DNA from: a virus
Taxonomy: Duplodnaviria; Caudoviricetes
DNA length: 64,000 nucleotides
Reading direction: 5' to 3' (one strand)
Virus record (IMG/VR): IMGVR_UViG_3300005805_000060
Span: 24,461-88,460 of that record
The notes beneath the pieces were generated by a model. It had not been told where the DNA came from, made no database searches, and was given only the letters and a program-made list of their open reading frames with translations. Position 1 is the first letter of the stretch; each line of letters opens with the position of its first letter. The position numbers and the translations under genes were made by a program. This document shows positions 8,092 through 17,865 of this stretch, one piece after another.

Positions 8092-8960
8092 TGTATGGTC
8101 ACAGTTTTAACCCATTGGTTTGCGGTAATACTTTGTATTATACTAGAGTTATCGCTGCAATCCGAAATCAATTCAGCCACTTTGTACTGCATTGGTTGTG
8201 CTTGCCAGCACCGGGGACTAAGCACTCCGCAAGATTGAAAAAAAGCTTGTCGACTATGCCAATACTCCTCTATCTTTTCCTGTTGGTGCTGTAGATATTC
8301 AGGTGTATCATTATAGAAACTGATTACAAAATCTGCACTGTAGTGGGAAAATGGTAGAAACATGTCTTGCCCAGCATACTGGTCTTGGTCCTTGGCCAGT
8401 TCCCAAAGTGTTTTACCAATCTCGCAGTAATTGAGATAGACTGATCCAAACTGTCGCCCTACTTCTCCCCAACGCTGGCATAGTTCGGGATCTAGAGTTT
8501 CGGTCTTGGGCATGCCCCACCAAGTGCATACCATCCGAGGACGAGACAAAGCTAGACTTTCACAACGATGCACCAGCACGTTGAGTCGTGCTAGTGCCTG
8601 CTGTACTTGGGGAGTTGCAAGATTCCACCACGCAGTATTCTGACTGTTCAGTTGTCCGTGGTAGGTTTCAAATATCCAATGCAGGTAGTTAAGCAGGTCC
8701 TGATCAAACTGATCAAGGACTGGGCGCTCAATTATGTGCTGATACGAGTTGATTGTGTCAACACAGAGTCTTAGCTCATGTAAAGCAGACTCCCGTTGAC
8801 TCTCTCGGCTACCAAACCCATAAAACCGCTGAGGGTCATCCAAGGGCCAGGAGTGCCGCAGACGCATGCGATCAAGCCATAGTTGGGCCACCGGAGTTGA
8901 CAGTACCCGGAAACGCAATTCTAGATCGCGATCTTTACCTAGCTCAAGTACCAGATCCAT
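8088..8960 (-). CDS. Hypothetical protein, paralog of 22310..23215
   Basis: The two share DQxxLNxLH, NxxxHRxE and YxxxGK motifs. Start is 8960 or 8981. Confidence 0.65.
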   Translation of the reverse strand: MDLVLELGKDRDLELRFRVLSTPVAQLWLDRMRLRHSWPLDDPQRFYGFGSRESQRESALHELRLCVDTINSYQHIIERPVLDQFDQDLLNYLHWIFETYHGQLNSQNTAWWNLATPQVQQALARLNVLVHRCESLALSRPRMVCTWWGMPKTETLDPELCQRWGEVGRQFGSVYLNYCEIGKTLWELAKDQDQYAGQDMFLPFSHYSADFVISFYNDTPEYLQHQQEKIEEYWHSRQAFFQSCGVLSPRCWQAQPMQYKVAELISDCSDNSSIIQSITANQWVKTVTIQ

Positions 8961-8987
8961 CAAGTATATATGCCACTGCAAACGGCC

Positions 8988-9020
8988 AAAAAAAGAGGCA
9001 CCCCAAGGTGCCTCTAAAAA
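8988..9020. terminator. Intrinsic terminator, possibly bidirectional
   Basis: 9-bp stem AGAGGCACC/GGTGCCTCT with a 4-nt loop and A7 and A5 runs on either side, downstream of the ATPase gene. Confidence 0.8.
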
Positions 9021-9062
9021 TCCAGATCGCCTAGGAGCTAGACTCGGCGATCCGGTGTCAAC

Positions 9063-10085
9063 TTAGTCCCCGCTACGCATACATGTAGTTTCTGCCATGC
9101 GCTGCCAGCTGTTGGGGAAGCTCTTGACCAGATCCGCAATCTTGATCGCCATGCGCAGGCTCATCTCACGCAGACGTGTCTGGTTGGTGTTCATGAACTC
9201 AATGATCGATTCCTGGGTCTCGGTGCTGAAGTCGTAGTCCGCAAACAGAACACCATCCGACGCGATCTGCCGGATACGCAGGATCTTGTCGCGCATGGTG
9301 TCCAGCGTGAGGTCCAGATAGTGACAACGTGATTGCAGTGCGTCCAGGTGATCCTTGAGCTTCTGGCTCTTCATCCGGTCAAACTTGAGGTTCGTGATAA
9401 AGATCACCGAGCCACGAAACTCAAACGCCTCCGGAATGCCCTCGTTGCGCAGCACCCGGCTCTCACTCAGCCAAGAAATACGACGCTTCTTGCCCGAGTC
9501 CAAGGCACCCTTGAGCAGGTTCAGTGCAACGTCGTCCATGAGAATCGAGTCGCAGTCGTCGAACACGATCAGGCAGTTGGAGTCCGAGTATTTGTACAGG
9601 GTCTGGTACAGACCAATCGGGGTAGCTGACCCCTTGACCACTTCGGCACGCAGACGCGTGCCCGAGATCTTGTCGAACAGCGTGGCCTTCTCGACCTCTT
9701 GCTCGACACCAAAGCTCTTGCCCACACCGGGCGGGCCCGACACGATCATGGCGCGGATGTCGCCGCTCACGCAGGCCTTGGTCATGTCCGTCAGGATCTC
9801 GAACCGCTCACGAATCCGGCTCATGGCCTCTTCGTCAGTTTCGATCGTTGCCGGCACTGCGGCACTCACAGTGGGACGGCTCTCACCGTTGCCGATCACC
9901 TGGATGTCTTCGATGCTGTCAACTACCACGCGGATCTCGTCCGCAAAGCCCGGGAATTGCCCTTCGTTTTTTACCGTCACGAAATTGCCTTTCTTGCCCG
10001 TCGTGAAGTCCTTGACCAGGGTAAAGGACACGTTCTGCACAGGCTGTTTGCGATAGCTGCCGTTCTTGATCACAACTTGGGTCAT
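9063..10085 (-). CDS. AAA+ family P-loop ATPase
   Basis: Walker A GPPGVGKS, Walker B IVFDDCD, sensor IFITN, and ALQSR arginine finger. Confidence 0.85.
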   Translation of the reverse strand: MTQVVIKNGSYRKQPVQNVSFTLVKDFTTGKKGNFVTVKNEGQFPGFADEIRVVVDSIEDIQVIGNGESRPTVSAAVPATIETDEEAMSRIRERFEILTDMTKACVSGDIRAMIVSGPPGVGKSFGVEQEVEKATLFDKISGTRLRAEVVKGSATPIGLYQTLYKYSDSNCLIVFDDCDSILMDDVALNLLKGALDSGKKRRISWLSESRVLRNEGIPEAFEFRGSVIFITNLKFDRMKSQKLKDHLDALQSRCHYLDLTLDTMRDKILRIRQIASDGVLFADYDFSTETQESIIEFMNTNQTRLREMSLRMAIKIADLVKSFPNSWQRMAETTCMRSGD

Positions 10086-10118
10086 TTGCTAGCTCCTGTG
10101 TTTTTAGTTTATGTGTCT

Positions 10119-10147
10119 ATTGTACTAGAACAGGAATTACTGGTCAA
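10119..10147 (-). promoter_or_regulatory. Sigma70-type early promoter
   Basis: GG-TTGACC-N17-TACAAT, with an AGGAG SD downstream. Confidence 0.75.
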
Positions 10148-10418
10148 CCGTGATCTGCACGGGCACAGTGAGATGCCGTGCAGCTGGGCAGCCCTGCACG
10201 AGCACAAAATTGGCTCTGAGTTCCGCTGCATGTTTGCGGATAACCCGCTCGACCAGCTCAGAAGCATGTTCGTGCTTGATGTCGCAGATATCGCTAGAGG
10301 TCAGGGCAGTGTTGCTGAGTGCCAGGGTGTTGTGCATGTCGTACGAGAACTTCACGCGCAGCATCTTGAGACGGGGATTTACCACAATCTTGGCAACCAC
10401 GGGCTTGACTGCTTGCAT
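10137..10418 (-). CDS. Small hypothetical protein
   Basis: 93 aa, AGGAG SD, own promoter. Confidence 0.6.
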   Translation of the reverse strand: MQAVKPVVAKIVVNPRLKMLRVKFSYDMHNTLALSNTALTSSDICDIKHEHASELVERVIRKHAAELRANFVLVQGCPAARHLTVPVQITVDQ

Positions 10419-10446
10419 GTCTGCTCCTGCTTGTTAGTATGCAGCT

Positions 10447-10475
10447 ATTATGCCTGAAATATAGTTTCTGGTCAA
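10447..10475 (-). promoter_or_regulatory. Sigma70-type early promoter
   Basis: GG-TTGACC-N17-CATAAT. Confidence 0.7.
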
Positions 10476-10499
10476 CCAAGCTTGCTGGAAAAATTTCCA

Positions 10500-10543
10500 G
10501 CAAAATCAATGACTTACGTGTCCTGCTAAGTCATTGATTTTGC
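10500..10543. repeat. Perfect 17-bp inverted repeat made of two IHF-consensus sites
   Basis: GCAAAATCAATGACTTA-N10-TAAGTCATTGATTTTGC. Each arm contains AATCAATGACTTA, matching WATCAANNNNTTR. Confidence 0.85.
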
Positions 10544-10547
10544 AGAG

Positions 10548-10757
10548 TTATTTGTTGCCTGGTTCTTTCTGGAACTCAAGGCGCGTCTTTTGGATCTGGA
10601 ACATGACTACCCCAATTACCAATGCCATACATCCGGCAAAAATATACACAGGATCAATGTCTGTGACTTGTCCTAAAAAGTGCACGGCCGCTACAAAACA
10701 CCCAACGTAACCAAAAAACAGCAGAGTGTGCCCTAGTGCAAGCAGATTGGATTTCAT
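10548..10757 (-). CDS. Small membrane protein
   Basis: 69 aa with two hydrophobic segments. Confidence 0.6.
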   Translation of the reverse strand: MKSNLLALGHTLLFFGYVGCFVAAVHFLGQVTDIDPVYIFAGCMALVIGVVMFQIQKTRLEFQKEPGNK

Positions 10758-10854
10758 ACTGAGGTCCTTTCAAGGTAGAAGTTATATCTGCTGGATTGCT
10801 CCAGCAGTTTACTGTAAAGCGAGTGTAACAAAAAACTAGATTGCTGTCAACCGG

Positions 10855-11658
10855 CTAACGCCACAGGGTCTGTACCAGGGGGTCAGTGATCTCGTGTGGT
10901 TTGGGCTGGCCGTGGAACACCAAGACACTGACCCCGGGCTGTATTTGGGTGCCTGTGCCAGGTGAACGATACTGTCGAGAGCAAAAGTCCATGCCACCGT
11001 CTCTGGCTGACCATCGCCAGCTTTGAGCATGGTGGTCGGGGAAAAACCTCTTGAGGTCAGGATCCAGTGCGTCTTGCAGAAAGTCTTGGTCGCCGTGATA
11101 TCGCTGTTGCGCCAAGGCCGGAGTGACGCGCATGAACCGATCCCAGACTGGGGCATGCAATCCAGTGTTCCACCACATCATGCTGCTGTTCATACGATTG
11201 AAACTGCTGCGTTGTAGGTATCGGAAGTCTCTCAGGGCCCAGAATCGTTGAGTAACATGCTCTAATACCCAGTCCAGGCTGTTGCAGATTACCACATCTA
11301 GATCTAGATACAAGAGATCGCCAGCAAAATGTTCGGGGTTGAACATCTGCATCTTGTACCACCAGCTTTTTTTAGGACCTGAGATGCCAGGCCATTCTTC
11401 TAGACAGTGTTTCACATAGTCTGGTGGCACTGAACGGTCATGCTCGGTCCACACATGCATGGTCACAGGCACTGTGAAATTGCGTGTGACCATGTTGCGC
11501 AGGCGCTCCACATAGATCCAGTCATAGACATTGCCGTGTATCACACAGCCCACATCTATACAATCTCTGCCTGGCAGAGAGATCTGTTGTTTTTGTCTAC
11601 GCCGCAGAGCCTTGGCGGCACGGATCTGTTGCTTGGTCAGAGAGGTGGATTGTGTCAT
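10855..11658 (-). CDS. GT-A fold glycosyltransferase
   Basis: WWYKMQMF, LYLDLDVV (DxD), NSSMM, GDQD, and C-terminal FHGQPKP. Confidence 0.8.
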   Translation of the reverse strand: MTQSTSLTKQQIRAAKALRRRQKQQISLPGRDCIDVGCVIHGNVYDWIYVERLRNMVTRNFTVPVTMHVWTEHDRSVPPDYVKHCLEEWPGISGPKKSWWYKMQMFNPEHFAGDLLYLDLDVVICNSLDWVLEHVTQRFWALRDFRYLQRSSFNRMNSSMMWWNTGLHAPVWDRFMRVTPALAQQRYHGDQDFLQDALDPDLKRFFPDHHAQSWRWSARDGGMDFCSRQYRSPGTGTQIQPGVSVLVFHGQPKPHEITDPLVQTLWR

Positions 11659-11705
11659 GATCTAAGAAATCATATTTACTCGAAACATAGCCTATAAATA
11701 TTTCT

Positions 11706-12485
11706 ATGAAAACTATAGTTCTTGTCACTGGCGGGTACGATCCGTTACATTCTGGACACATTGCATATTTTCAAGCTGCAAGTGAGCTGGGAGATCATTT
11801 GGTAGTAGGACTCAATTCAGACGAGTGGTTGGCCCGCAAAAAAGGTCGTGCGTTTATGCCACTAAGCGAGCGTCTGAATGTGGTCAAGAATTTACGCATG
11901 GTAGATGAGACCATTACCTATGATGACCGAGATGGTCACAGTATTGAAGCCATACGCAAGGTGCGTGCACAGTATCCAGACTGTCGCATCGTTTTTGCCA
12001 ATGGCGGCGACCGCACTCAACAAAACATACCTGAAATGGATTGTGGTATCGAGAATCTAGAATTTCAATTCGGGGTAGGCGGTTCGAACAAGGCCAATTC
12101 CAGCAGCTGGATTCTAGAAGAGTGGAAAGCGCCCAAGACTCCCAGGGACTGGGGATATTATCGCGTGCTGCACGAGGCGCCTGGGTGCAAGGTCAAAGAA
12201 CTCACCGTAAGTCCCGGCTCAAGTCTCAGCATGCAACGCCACCGCGACCGAGCTGAGTTTTGGTTAGTAGGAGAGGGAACAGCCACAGTATACACTATTG
12301 ATTCCAGTACCGATGTTCAACTGAATGGAGTTTTTCGACGCCATGATTTCTTACATATTGCACCCAATGAATGGCACCAACTGGTCAATGAAGAATCAGA
12401 TCCTCTCAAGATTGTAGAAATACAATACGGAGACCGCTGCGAAGAAGAAGATATTGAAAGGGATCAACAGGCGCGTTGGGCATGA
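11706..12485 (+). CDS. Cytidylyltransferase fused to a cupin (mannose-6-phosphate isomerase C-terminal type)
   Basis: TGGYDPLHSGH (HxGH) and FANGGDR, followed by PWG-like DWGYY, SLSMQRH, EFW and IVEIQYG. Confidence 0.85.
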   Translation: MKTIVLVTGGYDPLHSGHIAYFQAASELGDHLVVGLNSDEWLARKKGRAFMPLSERLNVVKNLRMVDETITYDDRDGHSIEAIRKVRAQYPDCRIVFANGGDRTQQNIPEMDCGIENLEFQFGVGGSNKANSSSWILEEWKAPKTPRDWGYYRVLHEAPGCKVKELTVSPGSSLSMQRHRDRAEFWLVGEGTATVYTIDSSTDVQLNGVFRRHDFLHIAPNEWHQLVNEESDPLKIVEIQYGDRCEEEDIERDQQARWA

Positions 12486-13162
12486 ACCAAATCATTCCCG
12501 TCTACATTGGATACGACCCTCGTGAAGCCGTGGTATTCCACACCTGTGCCAACAGTATCATACGGCACAGCACTAGACCAGTAGCTATCATACCCTTGGC
12601 TTTGAACCTCTTGCCCGGCTATCAAGAAACTCATCAAGACGGCAGCAATCAGTTTATCTATAGTCGATTCTTGGTACCCTGGCTTGAGCGGTTCTTGGGC
12701 TGGGCCATCTACATCGACGGAGATATGGTAGTGCAGTCTGATATTTCTGAGCTATGGGATCTACGCGATCATTCCAAAGATGTCATGGTAGTCAAACACG
12801 ATTACCAGACCCGACGCCAAGAAAAATACCTAGGAAATACCAATCAAAACTATCCACGCAAAAACTGGAGCTCTGTGATCTTGTGGAACTGTGCTACTTT
12901 CCCCACTCGAGTGCTCACGCCAGAATTTGTGAGCAAGGCATCAGGTGAGTATCTGCATCGGTTCAAATGGTTGTCAGATGATCGTATAGGCGAGTTACCG
13001 TCTGAATGGAACTGGTTGCCCGACGAATACGGTGCCAACCCCAACGCTAAACTGTTGCACTGGACCCTAGGTGCCCCTTGTTTCAATGAGTTTAGTGACA
13101 CTGAACAGGCCGAAGTGTGGTTTAACGAACATAGTCTCATGCAGCACTGCGAACAAAAATAA
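12482..13162 (+). CDS. GT-A glycosyltransferase (GT8-like)
   Basis: IGYDPRE, YIDGDM, RKNWSSVILWN, LLHWTLGAP. Confidence 0.8.
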   Translation: MNQIIPVYIGYDPREAVVFHTCANSIIRHSTRPVAIIPLALNLLPGYQETHQDGSNQFIYSRFLVPWLERFLGWAIYIDGDMVVQSDISELWDLRDHSKDVMVVKHDYQTRRQEKYLGNTNQNYPRKNWSSVILWNCATFPTRVLTPEFVSKASGEYLHRFKWLSDDRIGELPSEWNWLPDEYGANPNAKLLHWTLGAPCFNEFSDTEQAEVWFNEHSLMQHCEQK

Positions 13163-13163
13163 C

Positions 13164-13967
13164 ATGTCATCTTGGGTGTTTCTCAGCAAGCATGGTCAGG
13201 ATCAGTACATCAACATGATGGCCCAAGGTGCTGGTGCAGTAATAACCAACACCGAGAATTTTGATTTTGATGCCAGCGATCAACCCATTGTGCTACGAGG
13301 TATACTCAAGCACCGTATCATGAAACAATGTCAGGCCCGGGGTCGTACATTCTTTTACATGGATACTGGCTACTTTGGTAATACAGTGAGCAGTCAAAAT
13401 CCACATGGTTGGAAATTATGGCATCGTATTGTGCCCAATGATCTACAGCACAGCGCGATACGTGCAAGACCGGCAGATAGAATACAACACTTTGGAATTT
13501 CAATTCCCAAACAACGACAAGGCAGTCGTATTGTGTTGGCAGCACCTGACGACAAACCTTGCAAGTTCTATGGTATCAATCGAGAGCAGTGGTTGTCCGA
13601 AACCATAGCGGCCATAAAGTCCAAGACTGATCGACCTGTAATAGTTCGTGAGCGAGTGCGCAGTAGACAGCGGCGTATGATTCAAGATCCCCTGAGTCGT
13701 GTGTTGACCCAAGACGTACATGCCTTGGTCACGTTTAACAGTGCTGCGGCTATTGAATCTATCTTGACAGGAGTACCAGCCTTTGTACTAGCACCAACTC
13801 ATGCTGCCCAACCTGTGGCCAATCGAGACCTAAATCAAATAGACAATCCTTTTTGGCCTGATTCAGATCTCATACACGCATGGCTGTGTCATCTCAGCTA
13901 TGGTCAGTTTCATGTGCGTGAATTACAAAACGGAACAGCATACAACATGTTGTTACAAGATCAATGA
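13164..13967 (+). CDS. Capsule-synthesis (KpsC/KpsS-like) GT-B glycosyltransferase
   Basis: FFYMDTGY, VIVRER, VTFNSAAAIESILTGVP. Confidence 0.6.
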   Translation: MSSWVFLSKHGQDQYINMMAQGAGAVITNTENFDFDASDQPIVLRGILKHRIMKQCQARGRTFFYMDTGYFGNTVSSQNPHGWKLWHRIVPNDLQHSAIRARPADRIQHFGISIPKQRQGSRIVLAAPDDKPCKFYGINREQWLSETIAAIKSKTDRPVIVRERVRSRQRRMIQDPLSRVLTQDVHALVTFNSAAAIESILTGVPAFVLAPTHAAQPVANRDLNQIDNPFWPDSDLIHAWLCHLSYGQFHVRELQNGTAYNMLLQDQ

Positions 13968-14956
13968 AAATACTTACTTGTCTTTATAGTGCTAGCAATG
14001 TACATGAATCCATGATCTTGCGAGGCATGCACGAAGGTGCGAGAATCTATTTTAATCAGCTGCTAGGAAATCCCACCGACAAAGAATTGTACAAGAAACA
14101 TTCAATTGATCTCAGCCTTCACTATGACATTGATGTACCCAAGTGTGATGTGGCTATACAATTCGGATCGGTCAAGCCACGAGAAACTGAGTACCATGTG
14201 TGCCGACAAAATATTCAAAAGGCTGCTCAACAGATTGTGTACGTAGAAACACCGTTTTTAGGACGTGTGATCCGATCTGACGGAGAACACGCATGGTACC
14301 GAGTGGGGTTGAACGGATTTCTAAACGGCCAGGATGCTTTTGATTTAGAGATAGACCATCATCACTGCAACTCAGTATTGAAGTATTTGGGCCTAACATC
14401 GTGGCCGGGGTGGCGTGATCCCAGTCAAGGTAATATATTATTGATGACTCAGTTACCTGGAGATGCCAGTGTGCGTGCCATGGACATGGCACAATGGACT
14501 CTGTACTGCATTAGCCGTATTCGGCAACTGACTGATCGTGCCATTCGGGTAAGACTGCATCCTGCACTCAGTGCCAAGGGGCGGCAAGAGTTTCTACGAG
14601 ATCTTGCACCTATATTGATAGAAAACCACAGCAATGTTACATGGTCGTCAGGGCTGGATCAGACTCTCAACGCCGCTCTATCCGATTGTGGAGTCTGTGT
14701 AACCTACAGCAGCGGTAGTGCAATTGATGCTATAGTTCGAGGTATTCCCACTATTGCCATGGACGAAGCCAGCATGGCTTTTCCTGTGAGCAGTCACTTT
14801 GTTGAAGATGTTATTGATCCCAAGTTGGCAACCCGCAGCGAAGTAGAGCAGTGGATACAGATGCTGGCCAACAATCAATTCAATGAACAGCAAATACGAT
14901 CAGGACAAGTGTGGAGTCGTTTCTGGGACAGGATACAACATCAATGCCAACAGTGA
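13964..14956 (+). CDS. Capsule-synthesis (KpsC/KpsS-like) GT-B glycosyltransferase
   Basis: VYVETPF, QLPGDAS, VRLHP, VTYSSGSAIDAIVRGIP. Confidence 0.6.
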   Translation: MKILTCLYSASNVHESMILRGMHEGARIYFNQLLGNPTDKELYKKHSIDLSLHYDIDVPKCDVAIQFGSVKPRETEYHVCRQNIQKAAQQIVYVETPFLGRVIRSDGEHAWYRVGLNGFLNGQDAFDLEIDHHHCNSVLKYLGLTSWPGWRDPSQGNILLMTQLPGDASVRAMDMAQWTLYCISRIRQLTDRAIRVRLHPALSAKGRQEFLRDLAPILIENHSNVTWSSGLDQTLNAALSDCGVCVTYSSGSAIDAIVRGIPTIAMDEASMAFPVSSHFVEDVIDPKLATRSEVEQWIQMLANNQFNEQQIRSGQVWSRFWDRIQHQCQQ

Positions 14957-15894
14957 TAGGTTTTCTAGCTACCTTGCCCCAGAGTTTGGTAGCCAGACCC
15001 AGCAAAGATCCAGACAAGTACGCTACCATACCACGGTTTATTGAGGGTGTGATTGCCGCCGGAGATTCAGGCATGGTAAGCCAGCACATGCAGTGGCAAC
15101 CGTGTGATGTTGCTGTGATACTGGGTTGGGCACATCTAGGCAACAAAAAAACATCACATCTGTTGCTGCGAGATGAGATAGTGCGCAAGCAAAAAGAAAC
15201 CGGCTGCCGAGTCGTAATTGCAGACAGCAATCTTTTCCTTTACCGAGATACCACTAATCCTCATTATTATCTGCGCTTCAGCTACGACCATGTGTTTCCA
15301 GGTCTGGGAGAATACTGCGACAATCAATCCAATTCTCTGCGCTGGAAACAGATACAGGGCGATATGGCAGTGGACTTGAAGCCCTGGCGCACTCGTGGGC
15401 ATCATGTGCTATTGTGTTTGCAGCGAGATGGTGGTTGGAGCATGAACAATTACCGAGTGCCCGATTGGGCTTTCAATACCATACAGGTACTGAGACAGTC
15501 GACCAAGAGACCCATCGTGCTGAGACCACATCCGGGAGACAAGAGAGCACCTGAATATGTCAGGGCCGTGCTTGGCCTCTGCCGGAGGGCCGGTCTTGTT
15601 GGAATTTCTGTGAGCACACATCGAGATCTCACAGATGACTTGAGAGATTGCTGGGCCATGGTCAATCACAATTCAAGCCCTGCTGTGGCAGCAGTGATCG
15701 AAGGTATACCCACATTTGTCACTGATCCTGTACACAGCCAAGCAAAAGACGTGACCAACCACGATCTCACTCAAATTGAGTCGCCTAGATTGTTTGAAAG
15801 ACAGCTTTGGGTGGAGCGTATCAGCCAATTCCATTGGAGCCATCGAGATCTACAACAAGGGCACTGCTGGCGTCACATGCGACAATATCTATAA
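14944..15894 (+). CDS. Capsule-synthesis (KpsC/KpsS-like) GT-B glycosyltransferase
   Basis: LQRDGGWS, VLRPHP, VNHNSSPAVAAVIEGIP. Confidence 0.6.
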   Translation: MPTVIGFLATLPQSLVARPSKDPDKYATIPRFIEGVIAAGDSGMVSQHMQWQPCDVAVILGWAHLGNKKTSHLLLRDEIVRKQKETGCRVVIADSNLFLYRDTTNPHYYLRFSYDHVFPGLGEYCDNQSNSLRWKQIQGDMAVDLKPWRTRGHHVLLCLQRDGGWSMNNYRVPDWAFNTIQVLRQSTKRPIVLRPHPGDKRAPEYVRAVLGLCRRAGLVGISVSTHRDLTDDLRDCWAMVNHNSSPAVAAVIEGIPTFVTDPVHSQAKDVTNHDLTQIESPRLFERQLWVERISQFHWSHRDLQQGHCWRHMRQYL

Positions 15895-16602
15895 AGTCTG
15901 GTAAATGTTGTCCAAACGAGTGCTCCAGTAGGCATGTTGCTCCACTACAGGTCGTACCTGATCTTGAATGTTTGGCAGGTGTTCGTTGCCCAGTACCGGC
16001 AGATGTGCCAGAGATTGCACACTGCGGGCATCATAAAAAAACACATTCACACAGCTGGAATCAAATCCAAAATAGGTATAACCCTGTGCTTGCCAAAACT
16101 CTCGATATTTGGCCAAACTCACACCGTGAAAATGTTGTTTGTTGTAGATTCCCTTGCCGCGTTGTTGTGTCCAGGGAAAACTGGCCACTGCTGTGTCGCC
16201 AAATCTATGGTTGAACTCCAGGCACACAGTACGTGGTCGATATCCCCGTGCCATGATCCAAGCAACCACTTCAAAATCAAAACTGTCAATATCTAGGCTG
16301 AAGAAATCTAGATCCTGTGGCACACCTGCTAGAGCCTGGTCTAGACTGTCTGGAGTGATAAACAAGGAGCGGAATTCTACCCCACTGGGTAGGCTTATCC
16401 GAGATTGATGCCCGCCATCTACGGCCACCCCTTGCCAGCCCTGTTCAATTAGATTGCGAGTCATGTTCTGAGTGCCATCGCCCCAGCCTATCTCTAGAAA
16501 ATAGCGATTGGGTACCTGGATTGCCGTTGTCATGGCTTGAATGATACCATCCTCGCCGTGTTGGCTGTAGTACCTGTCTTCGTAAGGCAGTTTATAACTC
16601 AC
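15889..16602 (-). CDS. FkbM-like SAM-dependent methyltransferase
   Basis: YSQHGEDGI, FLEIGWGDG, FSLDIDSFD. Paralog of 33276..33905. Confidence 0.7.
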   Translation of the reverse strand: MSYKLPYEDRYYSQHGEDGIIQAMTTAIQVPNRYFLEIGWGDGTQNMTRNLIEQGWQGVAVDGGHQSRISLPSGVEFRSLFITPDSLDQALAGVPQDLDFFSLDIDSFDFEVVAWIMARGYRPRTVCLEFNHRFGDTAVASFPWTQQRGKGIYNKQHFHGVSLAKYREFWQAQGYTYFGFDSSCVNVFFYDARSVQSLAHLPVLGNEHLPNIQDQVRPVVEQHAYWSTRLDNIYQTL

Positions 16603-17329
16603 TGGCCACCTGTAGTTTGGTCTTTTGTCCCTTGTGGTGATAGAAGTATGGCCACAATACCGTGGCCTTGATAGGTGTACGACGATTTCGATCTAGGTGT
16701 AGATTGTTAACGCGAGCACCATGCTGTTGGGCGTATCTCACGCATTCGGCCATGACCCATGTGTCATGGCATTTGATGTATCTCGAGCTGTCTCCAATCT
16801 CGCGTGTTTCGTAGATTTCGATATATCTCTCACGGAAACGATCTGCAAACGGGTGTTGTCGTTGCCAGGCATAAATGCAAGTCTCGGCGTTGTCCAACAC
16901 TATTTCCTGGCCCTGGTCGGTCAAGCGTGTGGCACGGGCATACATGTAGGTCAATACAGCATCACTGGGAGTGATACTGGCCAAGAAGTCGTGAGTCACT
17001 GGTTGCTTGGTTTCAGTGTCGGCGTCTAGATAGAACAACCAGTCATGATCTAGAGTTTCCATGGCCCGTATCCAGGCATAGGCCTTGTAGGCAAATTTGC
17101 GTGTGTAGTGTTGCCCACGCCAGTCTAGATAGGCTTGCAATCGATCGCCCACAGCTTCATAGAGATCAATGCTGCGTATGTTCGGTGCTTGGATTGGAAG
17201 ATCAAATCCCTCGGTATACACATAGAGCACACAATCTCGTGGCCAATACCGCACATAGGTTTCCAACATACGATGACCAATAAGGTCATAGTAGTCACGA
17301 TTCATGGTGGTAACTGCTGCTGTGCTCAT
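16592..17329 (-). CDS. GT-A glycosyltransferase
   Basis: KFAYKAYAW and FYLDAD (DxD). Paralog of 17862..18683. Confidence 0.7.
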   Translation of the reverse strand: MSTAAVTTMNRDYYDLIGHRMLETYVRYWPRDCVLYVYTEGFDLPIQAPNIRSIDLYEAVGDRLQAYLDWRGQHYTRKFAYKAYAWIRAMETLDHDWLFYLDADTETKQPVTHDFLASITPSDAVLTYMYARATRLTDQGQEIVLDNAETCIYAWQRQHPFADRFRERYIEIYETREIGDSSRYIKCHDTWVMAECVRYAQQHGARVNNLHLDRNRRTPIKATVLWPYFYHHKGQKTKLQVASEL

Positions 17330-17865
17330 TGATTGATCCAGATGGCCTGCCAGCGTTTGGCTCCACGATGCACAGTGATTTCTTGACTAATACCAGCCTT
17401 TTCTAGAGCCTCTTGCACACTGAGCATGTCATAATCATCAAAAACCACAATGCCACTGTCACGAACCATGCTAAAATCATGTAACACAGTTTCTGTGCTG
17501 TGTCCACCATCAATATAGGCCAGATCAGCCCGTATGGGAGTCAAAAAGCTGTCAGTGGTAAACCCACGTGTGAGGTTCCATCGAAACTGAGGATTTTCTC
17601 GAGCCACTCGCCGAAACTTGCGTTGAGCCTTGTCATAGTTGCCCACGCCCTTGCCGTTGATCTCGGCCTGGTGAGTGCTTTCGTTGGCCATGTCAAACAG
17701 ATCAAAGCCATGATATTCCACATCTGAGTGGTACTGTAATGCTTCGTTCACCATGTAGTAGCCGCTACGACCGCTGTGTGTGCCGGTTTCCGCAATCACA
17801 CGTGGACGATACTGGTGTATCAAAGGACCCAGGGTTTCTACAAAAATGTAATTTTTCTTTTTCAT
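17326..17865 (-). CDS. Class I SAM-dependent methyltransferase (Methyltransf_24-like)
   Basis: AETGTHSG, GFDLF, AYIDGGHS, VVFDDY. The true start is the ATG at 17865, which overlaps the upstream stop. Confidence 0.75.
   Translation of the reverse strand: MKKKNYIFVETLGPLIHQYRPRVIAETGTHSGRSGYYMVNEALQYHSDVEYHGFDLFDMANESTHQAEINGKGVGNYDKAQRKFRRVARENPQFRWNLTRGFTTDSFLTPIRADLAYIDGGHSTETVLHDFSMVRDSGIVVFDDYDMLSVQEALEKAGISQEITVHRGAKRWQAIWINQ

Noticed and set aside
9355-10457. Long plus-strand ORFs (233 and 252 aa) opposite the ATPase
   Set aside because: Antisense shadows of a GC3-biased gene, with no SD and no recognisable motifs.
10788-10807. Hairpin CTGCTGGA-TTGC-TCCAGCAG as a terminator
   Set aside because: No U-run on the transcribed minus strand, so the function is unsupported.
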